From: a virus
DNA length: 64,000 nucleotides
IMG/VR virus record: IMGVR_UViG_3300013094_000036
Span: 8,149 to 72,148 of that record
Direction: 5' to 3' (one strand)
The first letter of the stretch is position 1; every line of letters starts with the position of its first letter. Shown here piece by piece: positions 38,051 to 49,502 of this stretch. Below the pieces are notes generated by a model. It worked only from the letters and a program-made list of their open reading frames with translations, was not told where the DNA came from and searched no databases. Position numbers and translations under genes: made by a program.

Positions 38051-38665
38051 ATGAAAAAGAAAAATATGTCAACTATGGACGAAGGAAGAATAGGCTCAGC
38101 AGTACGACTGGATGAATTGCCACCACAGTATAGAAAATATCCAGTTCTTGGTCGAGGTGCAACCACAATAGCACTTGCCAAAGATGATAAAACTGCTTTG
38201 CTTTTTACCAGAGATTACATGAAGGTTGATTGGCTAAGACATGGAATCCACATGGTATCTCATTCTGAAGTAATAAATCCTGTGCGGTCTCATCACATAA
38301 GAGGTATGCAAGAGTTAGACATTTATATGCTTGTGGTACCACGATTGCAAAAATTATCTGGAAAAAATATCCGTATAGTGAGCAGAGAGATAGCGGATTA
38401 TACAAAAATACTTCGCAAGCATCAAAAAGAAATAGGTTATGGATTCAATAAAAAACACCAAGTTATAATTGCAATAGCAGCAGAATATGAAGAACAACAT
38501 CCAAATAGTTTATTGGCACCGTTATTTTCTTGGATAATGGACTATGATCCCAACCAGTATCACCTTGATTTAGGTCGAAGACAATTTTTGCAAACTGCAG
38601 ATGGCAAAATAGTTCTTGTTGATCCTATTGTAAGTGCAGAGTTAATGGATTTGTTTTACAACTGA
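38051..38665 (+). CDS. hypothetical protein (kinase-like fold possible)
   Basis: LGRGATT...HLDL...IVLVDP. Confidence 0.55.
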   Translation: MKKKNMSTMDEGRIGSAVRLDELPPQYRKYPVLGRGATTIALAKDDKTALLFTRDYMKVDWLRHGIHMVSHSEVINPVRSHHIRGMQELDIYMLVVPRLQKLSGKNIRIVSREIADYTKILRKHQKEIGYGFNKKHQVIIAIAAEYEEQHPNSLLAPLFSWIMDYDPNQYHLDLGRRQFLQTADGKIVLVDPIVSAELMDLFYN

Positions 38666-38730
38666 CCTGGTTTATTTAAAACCTTGACAACGGATATTTT
38701 CATGCTATTATGCCCTAAAAGGAGCATATC

Positions 38731-38931
38731 ATGACAAGTACTTTCGACATAACAGCAGTGATTCAACGGATGAACAAGTTTTCTGAGGTAAGTAAATCTC
38801 ATGAAGTCAGCAACACAGTTGCAAGAATTGCCAACAAACTTCTACGCATAAACGACAGCAATGCAGAGGGCTTTACAAAACAAGAGCAAAATATTATTCG
38901 CCTGTTCCTCACTAAAAAGATAGCTGCATAA
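38731..38931 (+). CDS. hypothetical protein
   Basis: TTGACA-16-TATTAT promoter and AAGGAG SD. Confidence 0.7.
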   Translation: MTSTFDITAVIQRMNKFSEVSKSHEVSNTVARIANKLLRINDSNAEGFTKQEQNIIRLFLTKKIAA

Positions 38932-38986
38932 AATTCTTGACATCGTCAACAATTGATATTATCGTTATTCATATTGGATTGCATAA

Positions 38987-39433
38987 ATGAAAATTCTAAC
39001 AGAATCAACTTTTCTGACCGACAAGGGTATTGAAATTATTGAAACAAAGATGAATGCAAAGTATGTCTTTGAAAGTTGCTTGAAAAATATAGATGGCGGA
39101 TGGGCTAATATGCCTGTGGCTGTTTTTTATACTGACAGTGCTCATCCACAAGGCAGCAACTATTTTGGTATATATACCAATGATGCAGGTGTAACCATGA
39201 TCACTGATGCTATTGCTGCTACAGAAAAATTTCAAGGTCTGTCGATTGATGATGAAGTAATCTATAGTCGATATCGTCATGATTTTCGCGAACACCATGG
39301 TGTTTTCATAGATGGTGGCAGAGACTATACTCGGTGTGGCGGCGATAGAATTTCAGAAGCCAAAGTTGTCAATATCTGTGTTGTCCGCGATCATTTGGAA
39401 ATTATTGAGAACAACGATGTTTCGACATCTTAA
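38987..39433 (+). CDS. conserved phage hypothetical protein
   Basis: YSRYRHDF...IDGGRDY. Confidence 0.7.
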   Translation: MKILTESTFLTDKGIEIIETKMNAKYVFESCLKNIDGGWANMPVAVFYTDSAHPQGSNYFGIYTNDAGVTMITDAIAATEKFQGLSIDDEVIYSRYRHDFREHHGVFIDGGRDYTRCGGDRISEAKVVNICVVRDHLEIIENNDVSTS

Positions 39434-39623
39434 TCAACAAGACCACCAAATTATTTTAAAAAATGCCAAACAAGCGTGGGCAGATTGGTATCGCAAGGGT
39501 GTAAGACCAGATAACATAATAATGCAAGATACTCTGGAATTTTGGACTGTATTGGAAACAGAAAAATTTATACGAAAACTAATTCAAACAACAGAATCCA
39601 ATGGCAACGATAGGACCCAATGA
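39417..39623 (+). CDS. hypothetical protein
   Basis: Overlap-coupled ORF, start set at ATG 39417. Confidence 0.5.
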   Translation: MFRHLNQQDHQIILKNAKQAWADWYRKGVRPDNIIMQDTLEFWTVLETEKFIRKLIQTTESNGNDRTQ

Positions 39624-39822
39624 TTGTAAAAACACAATAGTACCACTATCATGGTTGGTACATGTTGGACGGTTAAAACACAAAGTCAATAGAGAAGATA
39701 TGGCAGCATGGTGTAAAGAATTGCCCAACAGATATAACACTGATTGGGATTATGACAAGGGTGGGTCCTGGTATTTTCGCTACAAAGAAGATGCTGTGGC
39801 ATTTTTTATGGTGTGGGGATAA
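39601..39822 (+). CDS. small W-rich paralog family protein
   Basis: AAWCKE...WYFRYKEDAVAFFMVWG. Confidence 0.65.
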   Translation: MATIGPNDCKNTIVPLSWLVHVGRLKHKVNREDMAAWCKELPNRYNTDWDYDKGGSWYFRYKEDAVAFFMVWG

Positions 39823-39867
39823 AACAAAAACTGCTAAATACAGATATTCTAGAGTGAAATATCTGTC

Positions 39868-42800
39868 ATGGCACTTAACTTTCCTTATCCAGCAACACAA
39901 GATCAAATTTATCTAGCTCCTAATGGAGTGACATATGTATATGATGGTCATAAATGGGTTGTACAACCCACTTCACCCACTGGCAATCTAATACTGTCAA
40001 ACAATGTTATCACCAGCAATAATTTAGGTAATATCTATATTGACAGTAATAATTTTACCTGGACATTTGATAACACTGGTGGATTGGTATTTCCAGACAA
40101 TACTGTGCAAACTACAGCAGGTGGTGGCGGTAACATCAATACTGGCAATATACGATTCAGGGGTGACGCCATTTATGATTTCAACGGCATCATTGTTGAG
40201 AACGCAGATTTATTACATGGTGCCACTGCGGCATTAATTTTACCTGCCAATGGTGATACTTCGGATATATTTCTGAATAGACTATATGGTGGCGTTACCA
40301 TAGGAACCGGTCCTGCCAATGCTATAACCAATCAGTGGGAGTTTGGTTCTGATGGTACATTAAACTTGCCTGCTGCCAGCAATGGCAATGCTGTCATACA
40401 AAGTTTATCTCCGATAGAACTAAATTCCCAAAATAATATTTGGATATTTAAAACAGATGGTAATTTAGAATTGCCTATAATTTTTGGGCAAGACACATCA
40501 ATAGGCACCACATTTAATACCAATCCACCAGGCCATACATTGACATTAAAATATAATGGTGGGGTCAATGATGGAAGTGGTGGAGAACTGCAGTTTAATT
40601 ATGGAACAGCTGAGATTAATGTTGTCAAAGATGCAGGTATAACTAGAACTTGGACCTTTGGTTCAGATGGAGTATTAACCCTGCCAGATGGTGGTTATCT
40701 TGACGATAATGGTGGAATTACTCGTCTTGGTGCAGCCGGTAACATGGGTGTACAAATAGGCAGCAGTGATCAGCAAAATTATGTTACTGCCAGCGATATA
40801 GGCGTAACAATACAGACTCTTGCAGATACAGTCAACAGCCTATGGGTTTTTGACATCAACGGTGCGATAACCATGCCTCTACATACTAGGCTGAACAGCG
40901 GTGGTATTGGCAACACAAATAGTGCAGAGTTTGGTACGGTAGTCAACACCTATACTGACAATGGCATAGTACAGAACAGCCAGATATACATGAGCGCTGG
41001 CACTGGCGAAGCTCGCATACTAGTTAACATGGAAGGCCAAACTCTGGTCTATTACGGCACTGAAGAAGTATATAACCCCAACTTCACTGGCATGGTCAGC
41101 ATGGATCCAAATGTACGCAGTCAGTATGCCATGAGCGCGGACGACAACGGTAACATACTGATTGGAGGCGCACAGATCGGTGGCACGCTGGTCAGCAGCG
41201 ACTATATTGCTGGTATTGGTTCATTGAACAGCGACTATAACATGAACGGGCTTTATGCTGACACCAAGTCCACCTTGGTCAGCGGACTTGGCAATGTGCG
41301 TGTACAAAGCGGCGGCGGCCTGATCTGGCAGTTTAATTCAGATGGAACACTTACATTACCCAACTCTTATAATTCTTTATATCAGACTGATAACGCATTA
41401 ATAAAATCTATTGCAAATATACAAATAAGTGCAGGAGAAAGTTCCCTAATATTTGCCACTGATGGCAATTTAACAGTGCCCAATATTCTTAATGTTGGTG
41501 TTACAACTTATATTGGCAGTAACAGTATTGGCAATGTGCCAGCAGCAGCCCTGAATCTAAACAATTCAGGAGCACCTGGTCAACTGCTAACACAGTTGAC
41601 CCTGATCAACACTGCAGGCAACGGTGGTACTGGCAGTGCCATTGATTTCTACACATATACCAATCAGGGCAATGGAATTCCTGGTGCTCGATTACAATCT
41701 ATAGATGATGACAATTATAGTGGTATTTTCAGCATAGCCTTAAAAGGACCAGGTAGTGGCGGCAACAACGATTTGACTACTTTTTGGACATTTGGTCCTG
41801 ATGGCAGTTTGACATTTCCAGATGGCAGCAAACAAACTTCTGCTTATCAGGTTCCAGATATAGTAATAACTGGGTCCTGGGCGTATGAGTTTATGTTTGA
41901 CATTACAAACACTTGGTCATCAAACTATTCTCAACCTGTTATTAAAGTTGATAGATTAGTATATAATGAAAATGGTCATGGCAATACATTGACTAGTTTT
42001 ACATTCAACAATGTTGTTTATATACAAAACGACTTTGATTTTGAAAACGATACAATATTGACTTCAATAAGCATGCCAAAACTAATTTATGTGGGCGGAA
42101 ATTTCAATATATCATATGATGACGCTTTAACAAATTTAGATATTTCTTTGTTAACAACAGTCGATGGCAACTTTTATCCCAATAACAATAATGCACTGAC
42201 AGTAATTTCGGTACCTGCATTGACCACAGTAGGCGGAAACTTTTATCCCAATTACAATCATGCTCTTGAATCAATGAATTTGACATTTTTGTCTTCAGTG
42301 GGTGGTGATTTTGATCCCAATAACAATACCTTATTGACAGAAATTAATGTTCCTGTATTAACCGCAGTCGGTGGTGGATTCTATCCCAATTACAATCCTG
42401 CTATGATATCCATGGATTTGACATCGCTGTCCTCAGTAGGTGGTGATTTTGATCCCAACAGCAATAATTCACTCACGACAATTTCCGTGCCTGCACTGAC
42501 CACAGTCGGTGGTTCTTTCTATCCCAATTACAATCCTGCTATGGTATCCATGGATTTGACATCGCTGTCCTCAGTAGGTGGTGATTTTGATCCCAATAAC
42601 AATACCAGTCTTACAACAATTTCGGTACCTGCATTGACCACAGTCGGTGGTGAATTCTATCCCAATTACAATCCTGCTATGGTATCAATGGACTTGATAT
42701 TATTGTCTTCAGTGGGTGGTGATTTTGATCCCAATAACAATACCAGTCTTACAACAATTTCGGTACCTGAATTGACCACAGTCAGTGGTGCTTTCTATCC

Positions 42801-44037
42801 CAATAGCAACAATTCACTCACTGAAATTTCTGTACCTGCATTAACCACAATTGGTGGTGTCTTTTCTCCCAATTACAATTCTGTTCTGGTATCCATGGAT
42901 TTGTCACAATTGGCTTCAGTAGGTGGTGGATTTGGTCCAAATCATAATCCACTACTAACAGCAATTTCAGCACCTGCATTAACATCGGTTGGGGGCGGTG
43001 ACTTCAACCCTTATAACAACGATTCACTCACTGAAATTTCAGTTCCTGTATTGGCTACAATTGGCGGCGGTCTTGGTATACAATTTAATTATTCACTTAC
43101 AGAAATTTCAATGCCTGCGTTGACCACAATTGGTGGTCGGTTTTATCCCAATAATAATTTATTAACAGCAATTTCAACACCTGTATTGACCACAATTGGC
43201 GGTGATTTTGTTCCAAATGAAAATACTGATCTGCTATCTATGGATTTGACATTGTTGTCATCAGTGGGTGGCAATTTTAGACCTTTTAATAACGATTCAT
43301 TGCCAGCGATTAATGTACCTGCATTGACCGCAATTCATGGTGATTTTTATCCCAATTACAATCCTGCACTGGTATCAATGGATTTGACATTATTGTCTTC
43401 AGTTGGGGGCGGGTTTTATCCCAATACCAATACTTCTCTTACAGCCATTTCAGTACCTGCATTGACAACAGTGGGCCATGACTTTAATCCCAATGCCAAT
43501 CCTGCTCTGATATCCATGGATTTGACATCGTTGGTATCGGTTGGCGGTAGTTTTTATCCCTATAACAATAATTCACTTACCGCAATTAGTGTACCTGCAT
43601 TGACCACTATTGGTGGTGATTTTTATCCCTACGGCAACAATTCACTTACTGAAATTTCTGCCCCTGTATTGACCACAATTGGCGGTAGTTTTCATCCTAA
43701 TACAAACAGTTCACTTGTCACTGTGAATATTCCTGCAATAGAGTCAATTTCTGGAGTAATTGTAGATAATGCGACTACACAACCCTGGGCCACATTCAAC
43801 ATTGGCAATTCACTGAAACATCTTGGTGGAGATGTGGCATTGACTGGCATGGCATTTGATCAGACATCAGTGGATAATTTGCTTGTTGCACTGGCAGCAC
43901 TTGATGGAACAAACGGTACCACACTGTATGAAAATCACACAGTGATCATTACGGGCACCAGTTCTGCACCCAGTGCAACAGGGCTAGCCGCCATTGCAAC
44001 TTTACAAGCACGCGGTTGTACAGTGACAACAAATTAA
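39868..44037 (+). CDS. large tail fibre / receptor-binding-like protein with 23-aa solenoid repeats
   Basis: MALNFP...YVYDG N-terminus, W.F..DG.L.LP repeats and >20 LTTVGGDFxPNxN repeats; late promoter. Confidence 0.75.
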   Translation: MALNFPYPATQDQIYLAPNGVTYVYDGHKWVVQPTSPTGNLILSNNVITSNNLGNIYIDSNNFTWTFDNTGGLVFPDNTVQTTAGGGGNINTGNIRFRGDAIYDFNGIIVENADLLHGATAALILPANGDTSDIFLNRLYGGVTIGTGPANAITNQWEFGSDGTLNLPAASNGNAVIQSLSPIELNSQNNIWIFKTDGNLELPIIFGQDTSIGTTFNTNPPGHTLTLKYNGGVNDGSGGELQFNYGTAEINVVKDAGITRTWTFGSDGVLTLPDGGYLDDNGGITRLGAAGNMGVQIGSSDQQNYVTASDIGVTIQTLADTVNSLWVFDINGAITMPLHTRLNSGGIGNTNSAEFGTVVNTYTDNGIVQNSQIYMSAGTGEARILVNMEGQTLVYYGTEEVYNPNFTGMVSMDPNVRSQYAMSADDNGNILIGGAQIGGTLVSSDYIAGIGSLNSDYNMNGLYADTKSTLVSGLGNVRVQSGGGLIWQFNSDGTLTLPNSYNSLYQTDNALIKSIANIQISAGESSLIFATDGNLTVPNILNVGVTTYIGSNSIGNVPAAALNLNNSGAPGQLLTQLTLINTAGNGGTGSAIDFYTYTNQGNGIPGARLQSIDDDNYSGIFSIALKGPGSGGNNDLTTFWTFGPDGSLTFPDGSKQTSAYQVPDIVITGSWAYEFMFDITNTWSSNYSQPVIKVDRLVYNENGHGNTLTSFTFNNVVYIQNDFDFENDTILTSISMPKLIYVGGNFNISYDDALTNLDISLLTTVDGNFYPNNNNALTVISVPALTTVGGNFYPNYNHALESMNLTFLSSVGGDFDPNNNTLLTEINVPVLTAVGGGFYPNYNPAMISMDLTSLSSVGGDFDPNSNNSLTTISVPALTTVGGSFYPNYNPAMVSMDLTSLSSVGGDFDPNNNTSLTTISVPALTTVGGEFYPNYNPAMVSMDLILLSSVGGDFDPNNNTSLTTISVPELTTVSGAFYPNSNNSLTEISVPALTTIGGVFSPNYNSVLVSMDLSQLASVGGGFGPNHNPLLTAISAPALTSVGGGDFNPYNNDSLTEISVPVLATIGGGLGIQFNYSLTEISMPALTTIGGRFYPNNNLLTAISTPVLTTIGGDFVPNENTDLLSMDLTLLSSVGGNFRPFNNDSLPAINVPALTAIHGDFYPNYNPALVSMDLTLLSSVGGGFYPNTNTSLTAISVPALTTVGHDFNPNANPALISMDLTSLVSVGGSFYPYNNNSLTAISVPALTTIGGDFYPYGNNSLTEISAPVLTTIGGSFHPNTNSSLVTVNIPAIESISGVIVDNATTQPWATFNIGNSLKHLGGDVALTGMAFDQTSVDNLLVALAALDGTNGTTLYENHTVIITGTSSAPSATGLAAIATLQARGCTVTTN
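42150..43720 (+). repeat. intragenic 69-bp (23-aa) tandem repeats, alternating A/B types
   Basis: Near-identical blocks, e.g. 42380-42460 vs 42518-42598. Confidence 0.85.
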
Positions 44038-44050
44038 AAGGAAATACACA

Positions 44051-44509
44051 ATGACAACAGTTGTACTACCACAATATGCCAGACAAATAAATGTACCTTA
44101 TGCTTGGTTACTCAAGGGAGCAATTGATAAAACTTTGGCAGCCACATTGACACCAAAGGTAGGCTGGACAGCAGACGACGCTGCTGTAACTACCTGGTTG
44201 GCAGCACATCCTGTGCCACAGGGATTGACCATGAATGCAACCACGCAGGATCTAAACACCTTGCTGGGAATAAAAATACCAGGAACTGACACAGTTGTTC
44301 CTGTGTCCAGAATCATGAATCTGCTCACCACTGAAAACAAAACATCGCTGGCACAAAATCCACAATCTGCTGCATTCTGGATCAATCTTGTGGGAGAGAC
44401 CACAATAAATGTCAGTGACCCTGTATTTGTAGCAGAAATCAACAACATGGTTACTGCTAATACCATAACACAGCAACAAGCCACTGCCATTTTGGCATTG
44501 CGAGTTTAG
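44051..44509 (+). CDS. fibre-associated protein (putative chaperone), paralog of 61763-62242
   Basis: AAVTTWLAAHPV vs AAATQWLANNPV; ITQQQAT vs ITQDRAT. Confidence 0.65.
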   Translation: MTTVVLPQYARQINVPYAWLLKGAIDKTLAATLTPKVGWTADDAAVTTWLAAHPVPQGLTMNATTQDLNTLLGIKIPGTDTVVPVSRIMNLLTTENKTSLAQNPQSAAFWINLVGETTINVSDPVFVAEINNMVTANTITQQQATAILALRV

Positions 44510-44672
44510 TATATATTTGTAGAAAATACAATATTTGTATATCAAGACATGGGTTATGGTCTATAAAACCTTACCTTGAATGTAAATCTGCAAAACATTA
44601 CTATTCTCTTATTCAAACTGTTTGACATTCACACAAAAAGTGCTATAAACTATTAACTTATAGGAGTTAGAA

Positions 44673-45892
44673 ATGCACAGTGATGATCTTGGCGACAGAA
44701 TGAAGAGTTATGAGAGTCAGGAATGTGACAGAAAATTTCTTCCAGGTCTTCCTGTTTATGCAAGAATAGATGGACGCAATTTTTCTAGATTTACCAAAAA
44801 CATGACACGACCCTACGACGAACGCATGAGCCGTGCCATGGTGGCAACCGCCAGCGCCCTGGTGGAGAAAACGCATGCTACTCTTCGCATATTAATTCAA
44901 TAAATATCATATTAATTTAGCATACCAACCGGCATATATTAGTATGTTACGCCTGGTTGCGTATGATCTAGCTCGTTTTGTATCATATGATAGTGGTTTA
45001 TCATTATACATTGTATCTCGTAGATTAGAAAATGGTAAGTTGTTGTCAATACAATATTGTTTAAAATTTCCAATGCAAGTGTGAATTAATTGTCCTTCTG
45101 CATTATATATTGCTATTTGTTTAGCATTTGGATTGTCTGCACCAGATACTTTGTTTTTATTAACCCCTACTAGATTGGTATTGTTATTGAATTCTTCTCG
45201 TGTGACACTAATGGTTGAATTAGTTTCTGTATCAAATGCAGATACTAGATTTTTTGAAACATGCACCCATGTTCCATTCTTTATGTTTGGATGGTCTTTA
45301 TCTGCAAGGAATCTATTTCCGTAGTTATCAATAACCGGTGATTTACCTGTATTTGGGCAAGATCATAAAGATGACCTCCGTGCTGGCTGGACTGGCAACG
45401 GCTGCATTCATCCAGGCAATATCACGGGAATTTGGATCGGTACAAGGGTCCACCTTGATGGAAAAACTTCCACATTTTGATGCACGGGTCATCCAACTAC
45501 CAAGTGAAATGGAAGCAGCGAACATGCTGTTGTGGCGTAATCTGGATGCCACCAAGAATTCTGTTAGCATGGCAGCACACCACTATTACAGTCACCGAGA
45601 ATTACATGGTAAAACAGGAGCAGAAAAGCAGGAAATGCTTTTTCAAAAAGGAATAAATTTTAACGATTACCCAGAATATTTCAAAAGGGGTGTGTTTGCA
45701 AGGAGATCTGTTATACAGCGACAATTTACTGCAGATGAACTCGCTGATATTCCTGAAAAATTTAGACCTGACCCCACCACTTTAATAAACAGAACAAAAA
45801 TACAGGAATTTGATTTACCACCTCTGAACAAAATTGCAAATTTAACAGATGTGCTTTTTCACTCTGCAGAGGTTCAATTAAAGACAACCTAG
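44673..45892 (+). pseudogene. tRNA(His) guanylyltransferase Thg1-like protein, split by an insertion
   Basis: N part RMKSYE...ARIDGRNFSRFT..RPYD; C part FDARV, WRNLDATKNS, FKRG. The expected SDE segment is absent. Confidence 0.85.
44907..45350 (-). mobile_element. 5'-truncated C-terminal fragment of a homing endonuclease inserted in the thg1-like gene
   Basis: ISVTREEF...LVGV and GADNPNAK DNA-binding-type repeats; frame is open to the junction with no catalytic domain. Confidence 0.6.
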
Positions 45893-46243
<351 letters not shown>

Positions 46244-46419
46244 CTACATAGGTTTTATCTGGATTTTATATAATAACTTTCCCAGTTATATTTATTTTAA
46301 CCTGTCTAAGAAAAAATAATTTTACTGCAAAAACGCCATATTTTGAACAAAAATTACCTGTAAATAGTTTTGACATAGAACAAGTTATATCACAAAATTA
46401 ATAGCAAAGGAATGATAAC

Positions 46420-46704
46420 ATGAAAAAAATTGCCGTCAGTTTATTTTTCTCAAGTGCAGTTTGTATTCTTGGGATGACACCAGCACACGCTGATGGATAT
46501 TATCGTGGTGGTGGTGGCAACTACTGGGTTGCACCGTTTGTAACGGGTGCTGTTATTGGTGGCGTGATTGGTTCAGTTTTGACTCCACCACCTCCGGTAG
46601 TTTATGTTGCTCCGCCACAGGTTTATTCTCCAGCACAATGCTGGCAAGAAATTGCCTACTATGATGCATGGAATCGTCCTGTATATCGTACTGTATGTCA
46701 GTGA
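46420..46704 (+). CDS. small exported Gly/Pro-rich protein
   Basis: Signal peptide; paralog of 5021-5341. Confidence 0.75.
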   Translation: MKKIAVSLFFSSAVCILGMTPAHADGYYRGGGGNYWVAPFVTGAVIGGVIGSVLTPPPPVVYVAPPQVYSPAQCWQEIAYYDAWNRPVYRTVCQ

Positions 46705-46791
46705 ACCATCTCGGCACAAGAGTTATAAAAATCTCTTGACAAAGTTGTATGAGTTATATTATATTCAGATTCTGAAAAGGGATAAAACACA

Positions 46792-46974
46792 ATGTTTTAC
46801 ATTTTGGTTGACACTGAAACTGAGAGTCGCTGCATGACTTTTGATTCATTCAGCAAGGTTCAAGATGCTTATTATCGTCAATGGCGAGCAGCAGATGGGT
46901 CAATACCTTGGAAAATAATCTGCGGTGAATATCTTATAGACCCTGCTGACGGCAATATCCTGCAGAAGTTCTAG
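46792..46974 (+). CDS. hypothetical protein
   Basis: TTGACA promoter upstream; 60 aa. Confidence 0.55.
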   Translation: MFYILVDTETESRCMTFDSFSKVQDAYYRQWRAADGSIPWKIICGEYLIDPADGNILQKF

Positions 46975-46979
46975 TATCA

Positions 46980-47408
46980 ATGCGTTCACATAAAGACTGG
47001 ATCCACATCTTAAAAAAGATGTTGGAGGATATGCCTACCACTGAACTCAGCCATCGCAGTAGGTTGGCTAGTGCTGTGGTATATCGTGGAGATTTGGTGA
47101 GTTTTGGATTTAACAGTTTAAAAACTCACCCTCTACAGGCAAAATATAGCAAGAACCCATGGAGTATTCATCTTCACAGTGAGATTGATGCAATCAAGAA
47201 TGCGCTTCGTCATATTTCACAGCGTGAACTAAGCAAGAGCACCTTGTATGTTGCTCGTGTCAAGAAGGAACATTTAACCATGAAAAATATTCAGGGATTG
47301 GCAATGCCATGTCCAGGATGTGCCAGAGCAATTGCTACTTTTGATATTCCTCAGGTTATCTGGACTCTTGATAGGTCTGGCTTGAGTTGTGATGAAAATA
47401 TGGCTTGA
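46980..47408 (+). CDS. cytidine/deoxycytidylate deaminase family protein
   Basis: HSE and PCPGC zinc-binding motifs. Confidence 0.85.
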   Translation: MRSHKDWIHILKKMLEDMPTTELSHRSRLASAVVYRGDLVSFGFNSLKTHPLQAKYSKNPWSIHLHSEIDAIKNALRHISQRELSKSTLYVARVKKEHLTMKNIQGLAMPCPGCARAIATFDIPQVIWTLDRSGLSCDENMA

Positions 47409-47411
47409 ACA

Positions 47412-48443
47412 ATGCCTGGTAAATTATACAAAATAGAATACAAAGACAAGGTTTTAGAGACCAATCATTTTGCTGATATTTCCGATCAAAAATGTGAAGA
47501 AATTCGTCAAGCATATTATAGAAAACCCAGTATAGAAGCGGTTCATAAAAATCTGGCTAGTATCAGGCGTGGTGGCACACAAGTTTCCGCCATTACTGAT
47601 TTTTATGTAAAAGACCTGATGAGTATGACTAAACTGTATAGCCCACGATGGACTATTTCAGAAGTTTTTGAATGCAATGATTTAATTCGTTATTTCTATT
47701 CGCGAATTTTATCCAGTGAAAAAGTTTATCCAAGTTCAAAAAGTGAAATAGAAAATATTGAGACTGCCTTGAGAATTTCAGGTGGAGGAGTTGCCATGAA
47801 ACCCAGCAACTTTCCCATGCACACTGTTGATGCGATTCTTGGAAAATATAATTTAAACAATCGCTATTATGATTTTAGTTGTGGTTGGGGTGTGAGGTTA
47901 CTTTCTGCACTCAAGAACAAGATAGCCTATTTTGGCACTGACCCCAATTATGAATTGGTAAAACGATTGTCTGCAATTCACAAAGATTATGATTTGGTAA
48001 ATTCAACACAATCTTCAGTTGATATCCGAGCAACAGGCAGTGAAGTTTTTCATTCTGACTGGTGTAACTCTATGGGAGTGGCTTTTAGTTCGCCACCATA
48101 TTTTGATTTAGAAGATTATCGAATTGGCAAACAATCAATTCAAGGTCGTGATTATCAAAAATGGTTGGCACAATATATGCAACCTACAATAGAAAATACA
48201 AAAAATTACCTAATATCAGGAGGACATATAATCATCAATATTAAAAATTATGGTGATTATAAACTCTATGATGATACTTTTTCCCTGTGTCAACAGAGTG
48301 GTTTAACCTATATTGAAACCCTGACACTTGATAATATCACAAGACCCAGTGCCAAACCGAACATAAACACTGATGAAAAAATAATGGTATTTCGTCACGG
48401 TGAAACGGAAAAATCCTCTCCCATGGATATGTTTGTTTTTTAA
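47412..48443 (+). CDS. amino-(N4C/N6A) DNA methyltransferase-like protein
   Basis: DFSCGWG SAM-binding motif and SPPY catalytic motif. Confidence 0.8.
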   Translation: MPGKLYKIEYKDKVLETNHFADISDQKCEEIRQAYYRKPSIEAVHKNLASIRRGGTQVSAITDFYVKDLMSMTKLYSPRWTISEVFECNDLIRYFYSRILSSEKVYPSSKSEIENIETALRISGGGVAMKPSNFPMHTVDAILGKYNLNNRYYDFSCGWGVRLLSALKNKIAYFGTDPNYELVKRLSAIHKDYDLVNSTQSSVDIRATGSEVFHSDWCNSMGVAFSSPPYFDLEDYRIGKQSIQGRDYQKWLAQYMQPTIENTKNYLISGGHIIINIKNYGDYKLYDDTFSLCQQSGLTYIETLTLDNITRPSAKPNINTDEKIMVFRHGETEKSSPMDMFVF

Positions 48444-48500
48444 CAGGCTTGACAATATCTTTTATCTTTGATAGATTATCAACAAACCGAAGGAATTAAC

Positions 48501-49136
48501 ATGAGTGCTGCTATCTGCCTAAAGACTGTTCGTGATGAACAATTGGCACAGAATAACTCTAGCCGAAATGTTCATGATCATTTAAAGCATCTTGATGTTC
48601 CAGAATTACAAAAAATTTCTGAGCAGGATAGGAAACCCTGGTACACAGTTTGTCTTAATTGTACAGGTGATTTAAATGTTGGAGTAATGATAAGAACCAG
48701 TCATTGTTTGGGTGCAACTGGTGTGATTATCCATGGGCGGCAGAAAATTGACAATCGCAGTTTGGTTGGTGCTGCCAATTATATTCGTGTGATCAAGACA
48801 GCAACCGATTACGAACTAACTGATCCACATGCATTTGTCAAAATTCTAGATGAAAATAATCTTACACCGGTTATTGTTGAGCAAAATGGCTTAAATCTTA
48901 ACCAGATTTGCTGGCAGACAAGAATTCAGGCCATGAATAACAGAGGAAGAATTCCAGCACTTATTATGGGAAATGAAACTGGTGGTGTTCCACAGAGTTT
49001 TATTGATGTTTGTCTGCAAATGCCAAATAGCCTTGTCGTTTCTATTCCCATGCTGGGTGTAATTCGCAGCCTAAATGTAGCAGTTGCTCATGGAATAGTT
49101 GCCGGAAATATGTGCCAGAATATGAACTGGATTTGA
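48501..49136 (+). CDS. SpoU/TrmH-family RNA 2'-O-methyltransferase
   Basis: NVGVMIRT, MGNETGG and IPMLGVIRSLNVAVA motifs. Confidence 0.9.
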   Translation: MSAAICLKTVRDEQLAQNNSSRNVHDHLKHLDVPELQKISEQDRKPWYTVCLNCTGDLNVGVMIRTSHCLGATGVIIHGRQKIDNRSLVGAANYIRVIKTATDYELTDPHAFVKILDENNLTPVIVEQNGLNLNQICWQTRIQAMNNRGRIPALIMGNETGGVPQSFIDVCLQMPNSLVVSIPMLGVIRSLNVAVAHGIVAGNMCQNMNWI

Positions 49137-49216
49137 TGATAACAGTTAATTTAAACTATGATTGACTGTTTAAAGTTTTTCACTTATTCTTATAATAAAA
49201 TACACAAGGTTACATA

Positions 49217-49471
49217 ATGTCTATTTCTCTTGAAAATCTGATAAATTCTCTGCAACAGGGAGTTGTTGAAATTTGTTTCACCAAAGTTGATGGCAGTGAT
49301 AGAACCATGTTGTCTACTACTAGACCAGATTATATCAATTATGAATTTATGCAAAAAACGAAAATACCAAACAACACAGCCAGTTCTGCTGTGATAAAAG
49401 TCTGGGACACAGAAAAAGGTGCCTGGCGAAGTATTCGAATCGCCAATATAAAAACCTGGAAAGAATGTTAA
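49217..49471 (+). CDS. DUF2693/WYL-like SH3 barrel protein
   Basis: FTKVDGSDRTM...VWDTEKGAWRS. Confidence 0.75.
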   Translation: MSISLENLINSLQQGVVEICFTKVDGSDRTMLSTTRPDYINYEFMQKTKIPNNTASSAVIKVWDTEKGAWRSIRIANIKTWKEC

Positions 49472-49502
49472 AAATCATTTTAAGTTATCTGAAACCACTG
49501 TG

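Noticed and set aside
43780-44037. Diversity-generating retroelement TR/VR pair
   Set aside because: Both copies are coding, differences are mostly synonymous and not adenine-specific, and there is no reverse transcriptase in the window
44885-45350. Group I intron in the thg1-like gene
   Set aside because: The insert is antisense coding sequence with no visible P/Q/R/S core, and host-gene codons are missing rather than merely interrupted
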